A DNA stretch of 64,000 bases from Malacoraja senta (GCA_038087875.1 CM075997.1:3102001-3166000); one strand, 5' to 3'. Numbered from the stretch's first letter, positions 1-13,456 are shown. Notes: generated by a model not told the origin, from the sequence alone. Translations and numbers: made by a program.

Positions 1-2897
1 TCCCCCCACATAAAACAAACCGAAGAACATTAAAACAAAAACTTTTAACAAACTAAAAAATGATAAAAAGAGTGAAAAGACAAACAGACTGCCGGCAGGG
101 CTGCCATCTCCCCGACGCCCCTGGTGGTCTTTTGGAGAATGGAGAAAATGCTTCTTAAAGGAAACAGGAGACCATGATCACAATTGAACTTTTACTTGAG
201 AGTTATTGTAGGGAATCCTGCAACACTAACTGGCCTTGCAATTCTCCACAAGGAACTCCCGATTTTAATCTTGCCTCGGTGGACAAGCAGAAATGGAATT
301 CCAAGCAAAGGCCAGACACTTCCTTTACGTAGCAGACTGCATAATTCAGAACTAGCAGTTAAAGTGAATCAACATTAACAGAAGGATCCCCAAAGGTGAG
401 TCAATATACAATGGCCAATGACACTCTTGGGAGTCTTGAAGATCAGCATGACTGAAGACCATATACATCACGGAATAGGGTCCTTTGGCTCACCATGTCC
501 ATGCTGGCCATCACTGATACTGAATCCATGTACCAGCACTTGGCCATGCACATGTTAGCAATTCAACTGCTTGTCTCGAAACCTCTTAAATGTTGAGAGT
601 ATCTGTCTTAAACTACTTTTAGATTGTAAGAAATGTTTCCTCACTCAAAGCTGTGCCCTCTACTTTTAGATAACTCTGACAAGGGGAAATGTACCATCTA
701 CTTGGGCCTTTTTATGCCCCTCTTGACTTTGCATACCTGTACCAGGTCGCTCCTCAACGCACACGCACGCACACACCCCCCCCCCCCCCAATAAAGATTT
801 GCAACTGCTTTAAACAGGGAGGATTAGAAGTAGCAAATCATCATGGGTTAATCACCACAGGCAAAATGCTGCAATGCCAGAAACATAAAAATATAAGTGC
901 TAGAAATACTCAGCTGGACAGGTGGTAACTACTGTGAGAAACAGAAATCAATGCTTCAAATTGATGTTGTAAAAGAAGCTGAAACGTTAACTCTAATTCT
1001 TTCTCCTCACATGTGTCCGATCTGTCATATGCTTCCAGCATTGTCTGTTTTTGTAACTACCAGAGCCTGTTGTGGGCTCCTGAATGCTTTCAGCATTCTG
1101 AGGGACTACTTAGCTTGTTCAGCAAAGAGGCACAAAAACTGTCAAATAAGAGAGCACTTAGGTTGAAACTAAGCAATCCCTTTAGAGAGTTCAAAAATAA
1201 CAAGTTGATAAATGGGAAATACATCACACCCTTAGGTTTAACCACCGGAGGAAAAACATTCCAATGCGGGAAACATTTTAAAATTTAAAATCCAATTTAA
1301 AATGTAGATCACAGCAGCAGGTGTGTGATTATAAAGTTATTAGCTGTCTGTCCAAAGGTATCAATTTGTACAGGGAAGGTAGACATAAATGCTGGAGAAA
1401 CTCAGCGGGTGAGGCAGCATCTGTGGAGCAAAGGAAATAGGCAACGTTTCGGGCCAAAACCCTTCTTCAGACCATAAATGGGAAGTTGGGAAAGGTTGTT
1501 TATGAGTGGAGGGAAATGTACCATGGAATTCCCCAGGGTCAGAAGTAAGACCACTGCTTTTTTCACTCTACTTCAATGATGTGGTCTTGAGTGCAAAGTT
1601 CCCTAATTTGCGGATGACACATAATCTGGAGGCATTGTGAATTGTGAGGATACTTCAAGGGGATGTGACGAGGCTGGTGAAATGGTCAGACAGGTCGCAC
1701 CTGAAATTTAATGCTGCAAAATGTGAAGTGTTACATTTTGGTCAGATGAGATGAAGCAATATAACTTGGAGGGCTCAAGGACAGAGAGATCTAGGGTTAG
1801 AAACATAATGCTGGAGTAACTCAGCGGGATAGGCAGCATCTCTGGGTGGAAGGAATAGGTGACGTTTCGGGTCGAGGCCCTTCTTCAGAGGCCAACTTGA
1901 CCCGAAACGTCACCCATTCCTTCTATCCAGAGATGCTGCCTGTCCCGCTGAGTTACTCCAGCATTTTGTGTCTGTTTTCAGTTTAAACCAGCATCGGCGG
2001 TTCCTTCCGATGTTTCGGGTTGAGACCCTTCTTCAGACAATTTGTAAGGGGATGTTGGTCATTAGCTCTCTCGAGTACCTCATCCAAATGGACATGCTGT
2101 AAGTTCCAGCTCGCAAACTCCACACAAATCATCAAACAGAGCCTCCAAAGCCAATCTGAAAGAACTACCCAACATGTACATAAAATTGCATGAGCAGGAA
2201 TCACTAAGGATAGATCAGGCGAGGTAGAGGAACACTAACAAGACAGAGGCGACAAAATCATGCAATTGTCTTGACTCTACTGTAAGAAATGTCCTAGACA
2301 TTTAATAGGAAACTCAGTGTCAAATTTGTGGTTTGATTTTGTCAGAGAGGATGACCAAAAGCTTGTCAAAAGAGGAGATTTTAAAGGCCATCGAGAAAGA
2401 TGAGATTTTAAAACACAGTTATCAGCACTAGAGCTAATAAAGGAATGGCTAATAAAGGAACTATGGACACCTGAGTTTTGGATTGGATAGGATATCGGAA
2501 GCTGTCCAGGACAGCAATGGAAGGATGGGATTAGAGTTATGAAAGGCATAGGACGAGAGTTTCAATGAATGAGCTAAGAGAACCGAGCATGTTAATATCA
2601 TAATATTCACTCCACCGTCACAGTGCCTGCGCTGGAAATCACTGCTATAAAAATATTTACATTAAAGGTATCGGAAAATTCTACTGTGCTGAAATTTGTT
2701 TTGCGTTTTGTTCAGAGTAATCAAAGGGTCTTGATTAATAACAAAGAGACAATAGAAATCCCAGAAAATAAGTGCACCTCAAAAAATTGGCGAATTGCAG
2801 AGTGAAGCGTTAATCAGCTGCTGTCTTGCTTTCTCATGCCTCGGTCAAACTGGCTGTTATTTATGACTGTATTTTCATTTAAATGCTAGTTGTATAC

Positions 2898-2965
2898 CTT
2901 ATTAAGTTCCTCGATTCTTCGGATTAAGAAAGGATTGCTTGATGAATTCTCAAAGTAGACGTAAT
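2898..2965 (-). CDS. MTA1/2/3: MTA-family coding exon 2 (start of BAH domain), (D)[22 protein letters not shown]
   Basis: Minus strand: ctttttcatttccag|ATTACGTCTACTTTGAGAATTCATCAAGCAATCCTTTCTTAATCCGAAGAATCGAGGAACTTAATAAG|gtatac. The 68-nt exon joins exon 1 in frame (G+AT = Asp) and gives the canonical MTA sequence. It is not in the ORF track. Later exons were not found and are presumably left of the window. Confidence 0.95.
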
Positions 2966-5439
2966 CTGGAAATGAAAAAGATCTTCAGTTATTGACAGTA
3001 TACTTAAGCTCTTCATTTTCCTCTTCCTGTGTCCTTAATGCAATGTAACAGTAATCATCTGATTGGAGAGTTAGGTGAAAGGGGAGAAGGGTCAGCACTA
3101 CTTTCATTACTAACGTTATTTAACAATGCTACAGCAAGTACCTTCTAAGAGGCACAAATGTCACAGTCATGTCCTCCAAATTAAATTATTGGAAGTTCAT
3201 CATTACTCCTGCAAAAATATTCGCAACCATACCTACTTGTACTTCATTCTAATATTATACAGCCCAAAATAAACTCTGCAGTTTCTAAAGATATAATAAT
3301 GACACTGCCGGGTGGATGCTGATTTTAGACAGGCAGTTATTGTGGACCACAATCCTAACTGCGGAACCAGAAGGTTACGGCACTGGAGGAAGATACTTGG
3401 TCCATCATGCTTGTGCAAGCTGTAACTAGCTGCGCCATCTAGCATAACCTTAGAGTGTAGGATGGAACTGGAGATGCTGGTTTACACCGAAGATAGGCAC
3501 AACATTTAGCAGCTGATGGCAAATTTGACTTGAAGTCTGAAGAAGTGTCTCAACCTTAAACGTCACCCATTCCGTCTCTCCAGAGATGCTGCCTGTCCCG
3601 CTGAGTTACTCAGACACATTTTGTGTCTATCTTTGGCATAACCTCAATTCTGAGTTCAAACACAGAAGGAAAATATGAGTACAGAGGAGCCGTGCAGCAT
3701 AAAACTGGAACTACTTTTGGCCTTAAGGTGATACTGATAGTACTTTACACAGACAGTTCATGGGTTTTGTTCCTGCTGAGTTTCCCGCTGAGTTTCTCCA
3801 GCATTTTTGTCTACCTTTTGTTCCTGTGAATTGTCTTTCACGCAATTTGCCACGAGTCAGAAGCATCTGTTTTCTGTAGCTACCAATATTTCTTTGATTT
3901 TATCAAATATTCAACCAGTCTCCATCCAATAACCAATGGAATATATACTATATCTAAAAAAAAGGACAAAGTGCTGGAGTAACTCAAAGGGTCAGGCAGC
4001 ATCCTTGGAGAACATGGAAAGGCAACCTTTCAGGTCAGGACCCTCCCCCAATCTGAAGAACAAGTTTATGGAAATTCGATCTTAAGTAAATTCTCTCATA
4101 AATTTTCAATTTATTTTTTTAAAGATAGAAATAACAATAAAATGTTATTCGCACCTCTTCAATCCACTAGCTAGACAATTTGCAACTCTCTAATCCCGTT
4201 TCACAGCTTGGGTGTGTTCACCTCTTGCCTTTGTCCAACTATCTGCCTATCAACCCCCAACCCCCCCCCCCCCCCATACCGTGCGCCTGTGTTCATCTAT
4301 GACCTGCCATAGTTTATCCTGCCCCTCTTCATTTCCAGCTTTCTTTCCTCCCACCACTGCAATCTCGACCCGAAACGTCACCCATTCCTGTTCTCCAGTG
4401 ATACGGCCTGACCTGCTGAGTTACTCCAGCATTCTGTGTCTTTCCTTGGCAAACCAGCAGTTCCTCATTTCGACATTTGGATAGAACAAGGCAATGGCAA
4501 TAAATGAGCTTGCAACCGATACACACAGCTCAAGGACAAATAGGCTAAAAAAAAAGTTCCTTTTCCATGATTTATGAATATTCGCTATAATAATAATGAC
4601 TCCTTAGGGTAAATATCCATGATCTGCAGAGCTGTTTTTCACCAAAATGACTAGCACAGCACTCTGTGAATAGGAATGTATTGTACCAAAATTCCCAGAA
4701 TGTATTTCACTAAGCCTTTGCAATTTATAAAATTTCACTTAACATGTTTTCCAGGAATGCATCCCTTTCATAAATCACTTTCCCCATTAAAAACACTAAG
4801 AATAATTCAAATCCACGTGAATAGATTTCCCCCCCATTAATTTGGCTCAGCCTGCTCTGAGGATATTCACCATATAAAACGTTTCTATGTTATTCAGCAG
4901 CAATTTGATCAATAGAATTGATAAAATGGATCTTTCCCTTTAAAATGCAGGCACCAAATGACAAGCACACTTCCAGAGTCAGGGACAGTTTCTTCGCAGC
5001 TGTCAGGCAACTGCACCATCCTGTGCTACCATCTACCTCATTGGAGACCCTCTGACTATCTTTAATTGGACTTTACCTTGCACTAAACATTATTCACATC
5101 ATTCCCATTATCGTGTATCTGTATACTGTGGACGGCTCGATTAGCACGCAACAAAAGCTTTTCACTGTACCTCGGTACACGTGACACTAATAAACTAAAT
5201 ACTAAACAAGCTCTTTGGCAACAGTGGCCAAAACTTCACCCAAGTCACTCTTTCACACAAATATTCACTAATTGACTGGAGGAGACATAACGGACAATCA
5301 AAGCCAATGCCAATAAAATGCAATTCATATCAGAGTGCTCCTCGGTATTTGCTCTTTACCCTGAATGTGCAGGTCAATTGCAGTCGACAACACAACTGGT
5401 ATTTCTACAAAGCAGACTACTAACGTACTGATGAAGGGT

Positions 5440-5645
5440 TGTTTAAGAAGGAACTGCAGATGCTAGAAAATCGAAGGTAGACAAAAATGCTGGAGAAACT
5501 CAGCGGGTGAGGCAGCATCTATGGAGCGAAGGAAATTGGCATCGTTTCGGGCCGAAGATGGGTTTCGGCCCGAAACGTTGCCTATTTCCTTCACTCCATA
5601 GATGCTGCCTCACCCGCTGAGTTCATCCAGCATTTTTGTCTACCT
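5440..5645. mobile_element. Short Penelope terminal-repeat-only element (palindromic type); representative of more than 20 copies in the window
   Basis: Sequence GTTTAAGAAGGAACTGCAGATGCTGG...GCAGCATCT...CGTTTCGGG..CCCTTCTTCAG is the same as the 3' end of the PLE at 8382-8512. Other copies lie at about 1375, 1800, 3460, 10468, 11997, 13310, 22911, 24345, 30700, 37186, 40050, 42850, 43750, 44495, 48895, 56327, 56725, 57338 and 62256. Confidence 0.85.
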
Positions 5646-8381
5646 ATTGATGAAGGGTCCTCCTTTTCACAAGTATTGTCTGACCAGGTTTAAGCATTTG
5701 GGCTTTTTGTTTGGCATTTATATAGCACTTCTTACCAAAAACCCAATGCACTGCATAGCAGATTTGGTGAGGATTTGATTGTAAAATCAAAGATGAAAAT
5801 CACAAAAAGACATGAGTGGAACAAGCAAAGCTTGAAGAGTCTCAGGGCTGAGAATGTGCAGACATCAGAGGAATCAAGATACAGGTTTTAACCTGGCTTC
5901 TCTGCGCTCAGAATTGTAGATATGTTCATAGTTCCTCACTGCACGGGAGTGGCCATTTGTTCGATTGAGTCTATGCTGGTTCTCAGAGAAATCCCAGCAA
6001 TCCCTTTTGCCAATCAATCATTTCTTTCTATCACATTTTCCTATTAAATCTGCTCCTCCCCTGATTCTCCTTCCATCCATCCAATGAGAGCCAAGCAGCC
6101 TATTCACCCGTCAACCATCATATCTTTGACATACGGCATCTCAGGAAAACATTCAAACGCCACAAAGTCATAACTTGAGGTGTCGCAGCTGAACCCCTGT
6201 CCCTGGAGCTGTGAAACAGTTGCACTACCTGCATCACCATTGTGCTCTCAGTTATTGGATTTTTTTTTAACGGGGGATTGGGGGGGGGGGGGGTGGATTT
6301 GAGAGTGTTGGGGATTTAGTTTGGAGATACAGCATGGAAACATTCCCTTTGGCCCACTGAGTAAATGCCAATAATCGATTATCCATTCACACTAGTTTAG
6401 ATATCCCGCTTCCTCATCCACTCCATACACATTATGGACAATTTACAGAGGCCAACTAACCTACAAACCTGCAGGTCTTTGGGATGTGGGAGGAAACCAG
6501 AGCACCCAGAGGAAATACATATTGGCACAGGGGAATGTGCAAACTCCACACAAACAGCACCCGAGGTCAGGATCGAACCCAGGAATCTGGCGCTGTGAGG
6601 TAGCACTGTGGTTCACCACAGTGCCGCCCTTAGGAGTCACATTGTTTTAATGATAAGGAACAATGATATCTGGGAATACACTGGATCTCCCTAGCATGTG
6701 ATTTTGAAACCTACTTATTGCCCTTAGCAGACATCCATAGTTGGGACAAGAGGCAAGGTGACTATTTCTTTGAGCATCTACACTGTTTGGTTACTTGTTG
6801 GACTAGCCATCGAGCATCTGGTTTAAGGACATCTCACCTTCCTTTCATCATTCCCATACGGATTATATGGCCATCGTTTAATCCCAAAAGTCCAATAACA
6901 ATTGTGAATAAACTCAAATGCATTATTCACATTGTTAGTATGCTAATTATGCAACATATCTGTAATCTACTATTTTGAACTGAACAATGGAAACTTCACA
7001 GAAATAAAGCAGGAAATACATCTAACACTATTCTGAAAAGTGTTAACAAGATTCAAAACAAAGAGCCATAGAATTCCAGGTGCAGAGAACAGAATGGAAC
7101 AACGAAATGCATACAATAGATTTTGTTGTATGAAGAGAATCTACTTCCAATGAATCAATGACCAGGCCGATAATTACTACCTAATCAATAGACCTGATAA
7201 TTAGATTATCTGTTACACATCACACGTGGGGTGTGTGTCAACCCATGTAAGAATTATCTGCTTTATTTTTCACATTGCAATAATGGAAACACTCCCCTAG
7301 AATATAATTCGTTAAAATGCACTTTTTCGTCCCCTTTTTCCTCACAAGCCCCTCAGAATTTAGCTTTGCAAATCTAAAGTGTGTGATGAAGCCAATAAGA
7401 GGCCAGATTCTTCAACAATTGGGGTAGGAAGTGGTCAACAGGACAGATGGCTGGGTAGTTTGAGGTGGTGAAGAGGCGAGGCATCTGTGTGCTCGCTAAA
7501 CATTGATCAGAGCTTCTCGATATGATCTTGTACGATCTTTCACCACTTTCAGCAACGAACAGTTATGGATTTCCAGGTATCAGAAGCCATTTTGCAATTC
7601 CACCCTCCTCCCCACTCCTCAACTAGACTCCGAGTGCACCCTTGAATGTTTCCTGAAGGTCTGAAGAAGGGCCCTGACCCAAAACATCCATATTTTCCTG
7701 GCCCGCTGAGTTACTCCAGCACTCTTTGTCGTTTGATCCCTTAAATTTTTTTCTTCTGTTCACCTGGCAATCTTTTCAGAACTATGAACAGCATTTCTAC
7801 TTTTGAAATCTGATGTCAGACATTTGAATGACACTAGGGTCTAACTGCTGGGGATATTGGCCTGAGAGAGGAACACTCTTGTTGGTTTGCTATTTCTTCA
7901 AGAAGATTTGAAGAATTTTCTGGAGACAGCCTTGATGGCACCTTTCAAATGCTTTGGAGGTGGTCCACATTAAAAAAAAATATTCAGAAGAACAAGGATC
8001 ATTGCTGCTTGGTAGACCATATGTTTTGTGCTAGGTCTAATATCTTGATCTTGTTTTCAGAGAATACACAACAATCACGCTGAGGAAAATAACAATTCCT
8101 GCGACAGAGCTTAAATAAAGAATTTAGCATCTCCAGCTCCCATCAATTTTAAACTCTACGCTGAGCAACAACGATCTGATGCAATTACAACGTTATTTCT
8201 GCTGAGTACCATACCAGGAATCATGTATTGTCATTCCGCTCACTGGTTAGCACGCAACAAAAGCTTTTCACTGCACCCCGGTACACGTGACAATAAACTA
8301 CTCAACTCAGGAAAGGGCAGGCAGCATACAATGTTTCTGATCAATGACCTTGATGTTGCACAGGTCTAATACACTACTCTT

Positions 8382-9484
8382 GTTCAAGAAGGAACTGCAG
8401 ATGCTGGAAAATCGCAGGTAGACAAAAATGCTGGAGAAAATCAGCGGGTGTGGCAGCATCTATGGAGCGAAGGAAATAGACAACGTTTCGGGCCGAAACC
8501 CTTCTTCAGACTGCTGCAGGGTGGGGGGGGGGGGGGGGGGGGGGAGAAGAAATGAAGAGGAGGAGCCAGAGGCTGAGGGAGAGCTGAGAAGAGGAGGAGA
8601 CAGCAAGGGCTACCGGATATTGGAGAAGTCAATGTTCAGGCCACTGGGGTGCAGACTGCCCAAGCGGAATATGAGATGCTGCTCCTCCAGTTTCCGGTGG
8701 TGCTCACTCTGGCAATGGAGGAGGCCCAGGACAGAAAGGTCGGATTCGGAATGGGAGGGGGAGTCGAAGTGCTGAGCCACCGGGAGATCAGGTTGGTTAA
8801 TGCGGACCGAGCGGAGGTGTTCGGCGAAACGATCGCCAAGCCCACGCTTGGTCTCACCGATGTAGATCAGCTGACATAGCAGCGGATGCAATAGATGAGG
8901 TTGGAGGAGGTGCAGGTGAACCTCTGTCGCACCTGGAACGACTGCTTGGGTCCTTGAATGGAGTCGAGGGGGGGAGGTAAAGCGACACGTGTAGCATCTC
9001 TTGCGATTGCAAGGGAAAGAGCCCGGGGAGGGGGTGGTGCGGGTGGGAAGGGAAGAATTGACCAGGGAGTTACGGAGGTAGCGGTCTTTGCCGAAAGCAG
9101 ACAGGGGGGGAGATGGGACAGACTGGGGCAAGTGGTGGGTCACGTTGGAAGGTGGCGAAAATGATGGAGGACCATTTGTTGTATGTGACAGCTAGTGGGG
9201 TGGAAGGTGAGGGCTAGGGGGGCTCTGCCCTTGTTCCGAATGGGGGGGATGGGGAGAGAGAGCAGTGTTGCGGGGTATTCAAGAGACCCTGGTGAGAGCC
9301 CCATCTATGGTAGGGGAGGGGAACCCCCGTTCCCTGAAGAATGAGGACATTTCCGATGCCCCCCTGAAGAATGAGGACATTTCCGATGCCCCCTGAAGAA
9401 TGAGGACATTTTCCGATGCCCCTGCAGAAATGTCCTCATTTGCCTATTTCCTTCGCTCCATAGATGCTGCCGCACCCGCTGAGT
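8382..9484 (-). mobile_element. Penelope-like element (Neptune-type), 5'-truncated, encoding GIY-YIG endonuclease, with 3' terminal repeat and inverted 5' piece
   Basis: The minus ORF 8610-9143 contains CNRKRCYTC (Zn-finger-like linker) and IYIGETKRGLGDRFAEHLRSVR...VAQHF...GLNIDF (GIY-YIG endonuclease of PLEs). A terminal repeat lies at 8382-8512 with an inverted copy at ~9440-9484. The 15-bp direct flank TAATACACTACTCTT is at 8367-8381 and 9485-9499. Confidence 0.9.
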
Positions 9485-9699
9485 TAATACACTACTCTTC
9501 ATTGTTTCCCATGTTAATTTGTGTTCCCATAATGAAAAAGTAACTACAATTATTCAAGAAACATCCGAATTTTTGAGTTCATCAGGAAAGAGCCATTACT
9601 GTTTTCAACCACGGTGAAGGTTCTGCTTTTGTCTTCACTAAAGGAATTAATACAGTGATGCTTCACAGCAATTATAATTGGCCCACTAATCCACACTGA

Positions 9700-9943
9700 G
9701 GATGAAATTTGCAGGACATGTACTCAGAATGTCATCAGAACGTGCACCTAAGATAGCAATGACATGGCAACCTGACGGAAGAAGGAAAAGAGGGCGACCA
9801 AAACTCACATGGAGGCGAACGTTCCAGAAGGATTTGGAAGCCCGGGAGGCAAGCCTATCGAGGGTGGAAGACGTCACACATAACGAAACAGAATGGCGAA
9901 AGCTTACTGCCCAATGCTCTCAACATTGTGGGAGGAACTACAT
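9700..9943 (+). mobile_element. RTE LINE 3' fragment
   Basis: FAGHVLRMSSERAPKIAMTWQPDGRRKRGRPKLTWRR. 14-bp TSD CTAATCCACACTGA at 9686-9699 and 9944-9957. Confidence 0.85.
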
Positions 9944-12900
9944 CTAATCCACACTGAACATCAAAAACCAATTTATACTAATCCTACAATTTTTTTCTCG
10001 CCGTATTCTCATCAACTCCTCCCAGATTGTATCACTCAGTTGCACATAATACAATTTGCAATAGCCAACTACGATAGCCACCCTCACATATTCGGGATGC
10101 CAGCGAAAACCTGAGGACCTGGAGGAAACCCACAGTTACAAGGAGAATATACAAACTCCATATGAACAGCCCTGGAGATCATGTTTGAATCTAGGTCTTT
10201 GGAGCTACAAGGCAGCAGCTCCACTGGTTGAGCCACTAGCCACCCTGTTTGGGAGAGCAAGAAAAGGGCTGGTAACTGCCTGGGTTGGTCACCTGTCTGT
10301 CTGTCTGTCTCTGCTGGTATCTTAAGAACTAGGGGCTAGTGGAATCCAGGGATATGGGTAGAAGGCAGGCACGGGTTATTGATTGGGGACGATGATCACA
10401 ATGAATGGCGATGCTGGCTCGAAGGGCCTCCTCCTGCACCTATTTTCTATGTTTCTAATAAAGATCTTGTTTAAGAAGGAACTGCAGATGCTGGAAAATC
10501 GAAGGTAGACAAAAATCCTGTTGAAACTCAGCGGGTGAGGCAGCATCGATGAAGCGAAGGAAATAGGCGACGTTTCGGGTCGAGACCTTTCTTCAGACAT
10601 AAAGATCATGGCATTCACCCTCTTGAACCTGCTTTGACAGTCAATAAGACGCTACTTCTGAAACCCACTTTATTAAAATGACCACAACCTATTGCTTTAA
10701 AGAGCTAAAGGGAAATTTATCAGAACCAGTCAAGCTCTTTTCTCATCTCCAAGATTTTGACTGCACACAACTATCCCAATCCCCAAATCCACCTCTAGTC
10801 CTGTATTCAGAAAGCCATCAGGTATACCAAAGGACGGAACATCCATCCATATGCCTTTGGAATGGAGCATCACAAACATTCACAACTGCCTGCATTAGGT
10901 TTTCACAGTTTTACTCCAGGACCATGCCCCAACCAGAGGAAGCAATTCTTCACCAATCTACCCATCACATCAAACTCCAATAGAATTTTCAATATTTCAA
11001 TGCAGGTTGTCATTCATTCTTCTTCAACGAGTTTATATGGCAATCCTCCACACTCTCTTTTCATCAGATAAATCACTCATGTCACACCACCTCCAAAGGA
11101 AGTATTCTTCAGACAGACACAAAATGCTGGAGTAATTCAGTGGGTCAGGCAGCATCTCCGGAGAAATGGATAGGCGATGTTTTGAATTGGGTCCGTTCTT
11201 CAGACGACTTTGAAGTATATTCTTCTTTGAGTAAAGCAACCAAAATTACAGAATGTTCCACTGTAACTCAGGGTCAAAAATCACACAACATTGAAAAAGC
11301 CTGATGTGTCCACTCAGTTTTCAAAAGCCTATCTACACTAGTCCTTCTTTCCTCCTTTTCAAGGTGTTCTAGGTCATTGTTTTTCAAATGCTCATCTAAT
11401 TACTTCCTCAGATAGTGTGGTCCAGATTCCAAAGACCCCTGGATAAAAAAAAATCTTCCTCAGATTCCCAGCCCTTATCTTAAACCTATTCCTTCTGGTA
11501 ATGGACATCTCTGCTAAAGGAAAAAGTTTTTCAATGTTCACCGTACCTTTTGAATACCTCAATCAGGTCCCCCCCAGGCCTTCCTTGTTCAAAGAAAGGC
11601 AAACCCAACCTATCCAGTTTATCCTCATAGCTGAAATGCTTTATCCCAGGCAACACTATCCAGAGGATCTCATCTGCAATCAGACTTCCTTATTCTCAAA
11701 CCATCTTGCAATCTACCCAAATACTTGTTTCTGCTTTTCATAAACACCTCCTCACTGTGAAATATTGTTTTTAGGGCTGCATCCTTGGTGAGTGAGGGCC
11801 ATTGCCTGGAACTGTGGTATCTGCTCCATCTGTTGACAGACTGTCCAAATCCTACAGTTTACCTCATCGCCTTTTGTTGCAAGTGATGTGCACTATAGGA
11901 TCCGGTTACATAAAATTATCTCTGGATTTGAAACCTGTGCAATCTCATCTTCCAGAGCTGCACAGGTCTCAACCCCATTGATTGCTTGTTTAAGAAGGAA
12001 CTGCAGATGCTGGATAAATCGAAGGTAGACAAAAATGCTGGAGCAACTCAGCGGGAGAGGCAGCATCTATGGAGCGAAGGAAATAGGCAACGTTTCGGGC
12101 CGAAACCCTTCCTCAGACTGATTGCTTTATGTTAACGAGTTCACTGAGTTGAAGAGCGTCGTAGTTTGTAACCAAGCAAAGAGGGGGAGTCGGCAGCTTG
12201 TAGTTTGCTTTGAAAAATACTAGCACTCCTTAATTTTTAAAGAGGGTGCTCCGTAAACAATGCAAATCTCTGTTATTAATAATGCACCAAACAGCAAAAC
12301 CTCCAAATCCTGCTGAGTGAACAAAATCAGATAACAGGATGTCCCATCTGTACGTTAAACATCATCTGCCAGAAATTCAAATGATCAAAGCAGTCAATAG
12401 AAACAATTGTTTTTTTTTATTTAGCAAGACGGAGATTGAATACAAACGAGATGCACAAGGTTATAGCGGATAATCAAGGAGGAAGATAATGCTGAAACAA
12501 AACCATCAATACTTAAATAAAAAGAACACCCTCAAAATTCAAAACGACATGCAGTGTAAAGATTGGGCAAAACTAAAGATTAACTCCACATTCAACCCTA
12601 TCTAAAAACGCTGCAAATTAAGAAACAAATCAGAAGCAGCATGAAACCAAGGCTTTTTGTGTCAAACTTTTTGGTTTAGGGAGAATAACTACAGCTATAG
12701 CTGATTGTTTCTGGACAGTGCATGCCCATGAACATCGATGTGGACAATGTGTAGGAAGGAACTGCAGGTGCTGGTTTAAACCGAAGATAGACACAAAAAG
12801 CTGAAGTAACTCAGCGTTTAGAAACATTACCTATTCCTTTTCTCCAGAGATGCTGTTTGGCCTGGTGAGTTATTCCAACTTTTTGTGTCAAATGACCTGA

Positions 12901-13324
12901 ACAAGACTGACGCAGCTGCAATGTCAGTCAAGCCAATTCTCTGAATGGATCTGCCTATACCAACATGAAAAAAGGGCCAATTTGGTACAGTACCAGAGAG
13001 CGGGCAGTTCCTGGGCAATTATCCACAGAGGGAAAATAACATGCATAAAAAACAAATATCAAACATGAACTCCCTGAACCAATAAGTGGAGTCTCCACAA
13101 TGATGAATGTTACAATTGTAGATTTGTATGGGAAAGCTGGCAATGAGTACAGGACAAGTACACATTGCACGACATGAGCACGGGCAAAGACAGCAAGTCA
13201 CAATCTCAAAACCAGAAGCCATACAGTTTCTTGTGAATTTGAACCCAATGATGGGCAATATGATGTCTCTCTTCAATACTGTATTGGTGCCCTGTTGCAT
13301 GTACAGTGAAATAGACACAAAATG

Positions 13325-13456
13325 GGATGGGAGATTGCAACCTTCACGTGGTCCGCCCTGTTTCGACGAATGCAATCAACCCGGCGTGCACAAACAAATA
13401 AGATCAAATAGAACAAGTTGTCCTACAACTTTAGGCTGTGCACGTCATACGCAAGA
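13325..13456 (+). mobile_element. ~130-bp short retroposon with (GAA)n tail, copy 1
   Basis: TSD AGACACAAAATG at 13313-13324 and 13457-13468. Homologous to the copies at 44893-45029 (-) and 46055-46284 (+). Confidence 0.8.

Noticed and set aside
9332..9423. 30-bp direct repeats as a CRISPR-like array
   Set aside because: No spacers and a eukaryotic context. They are tandem duplications of PLE sequence.
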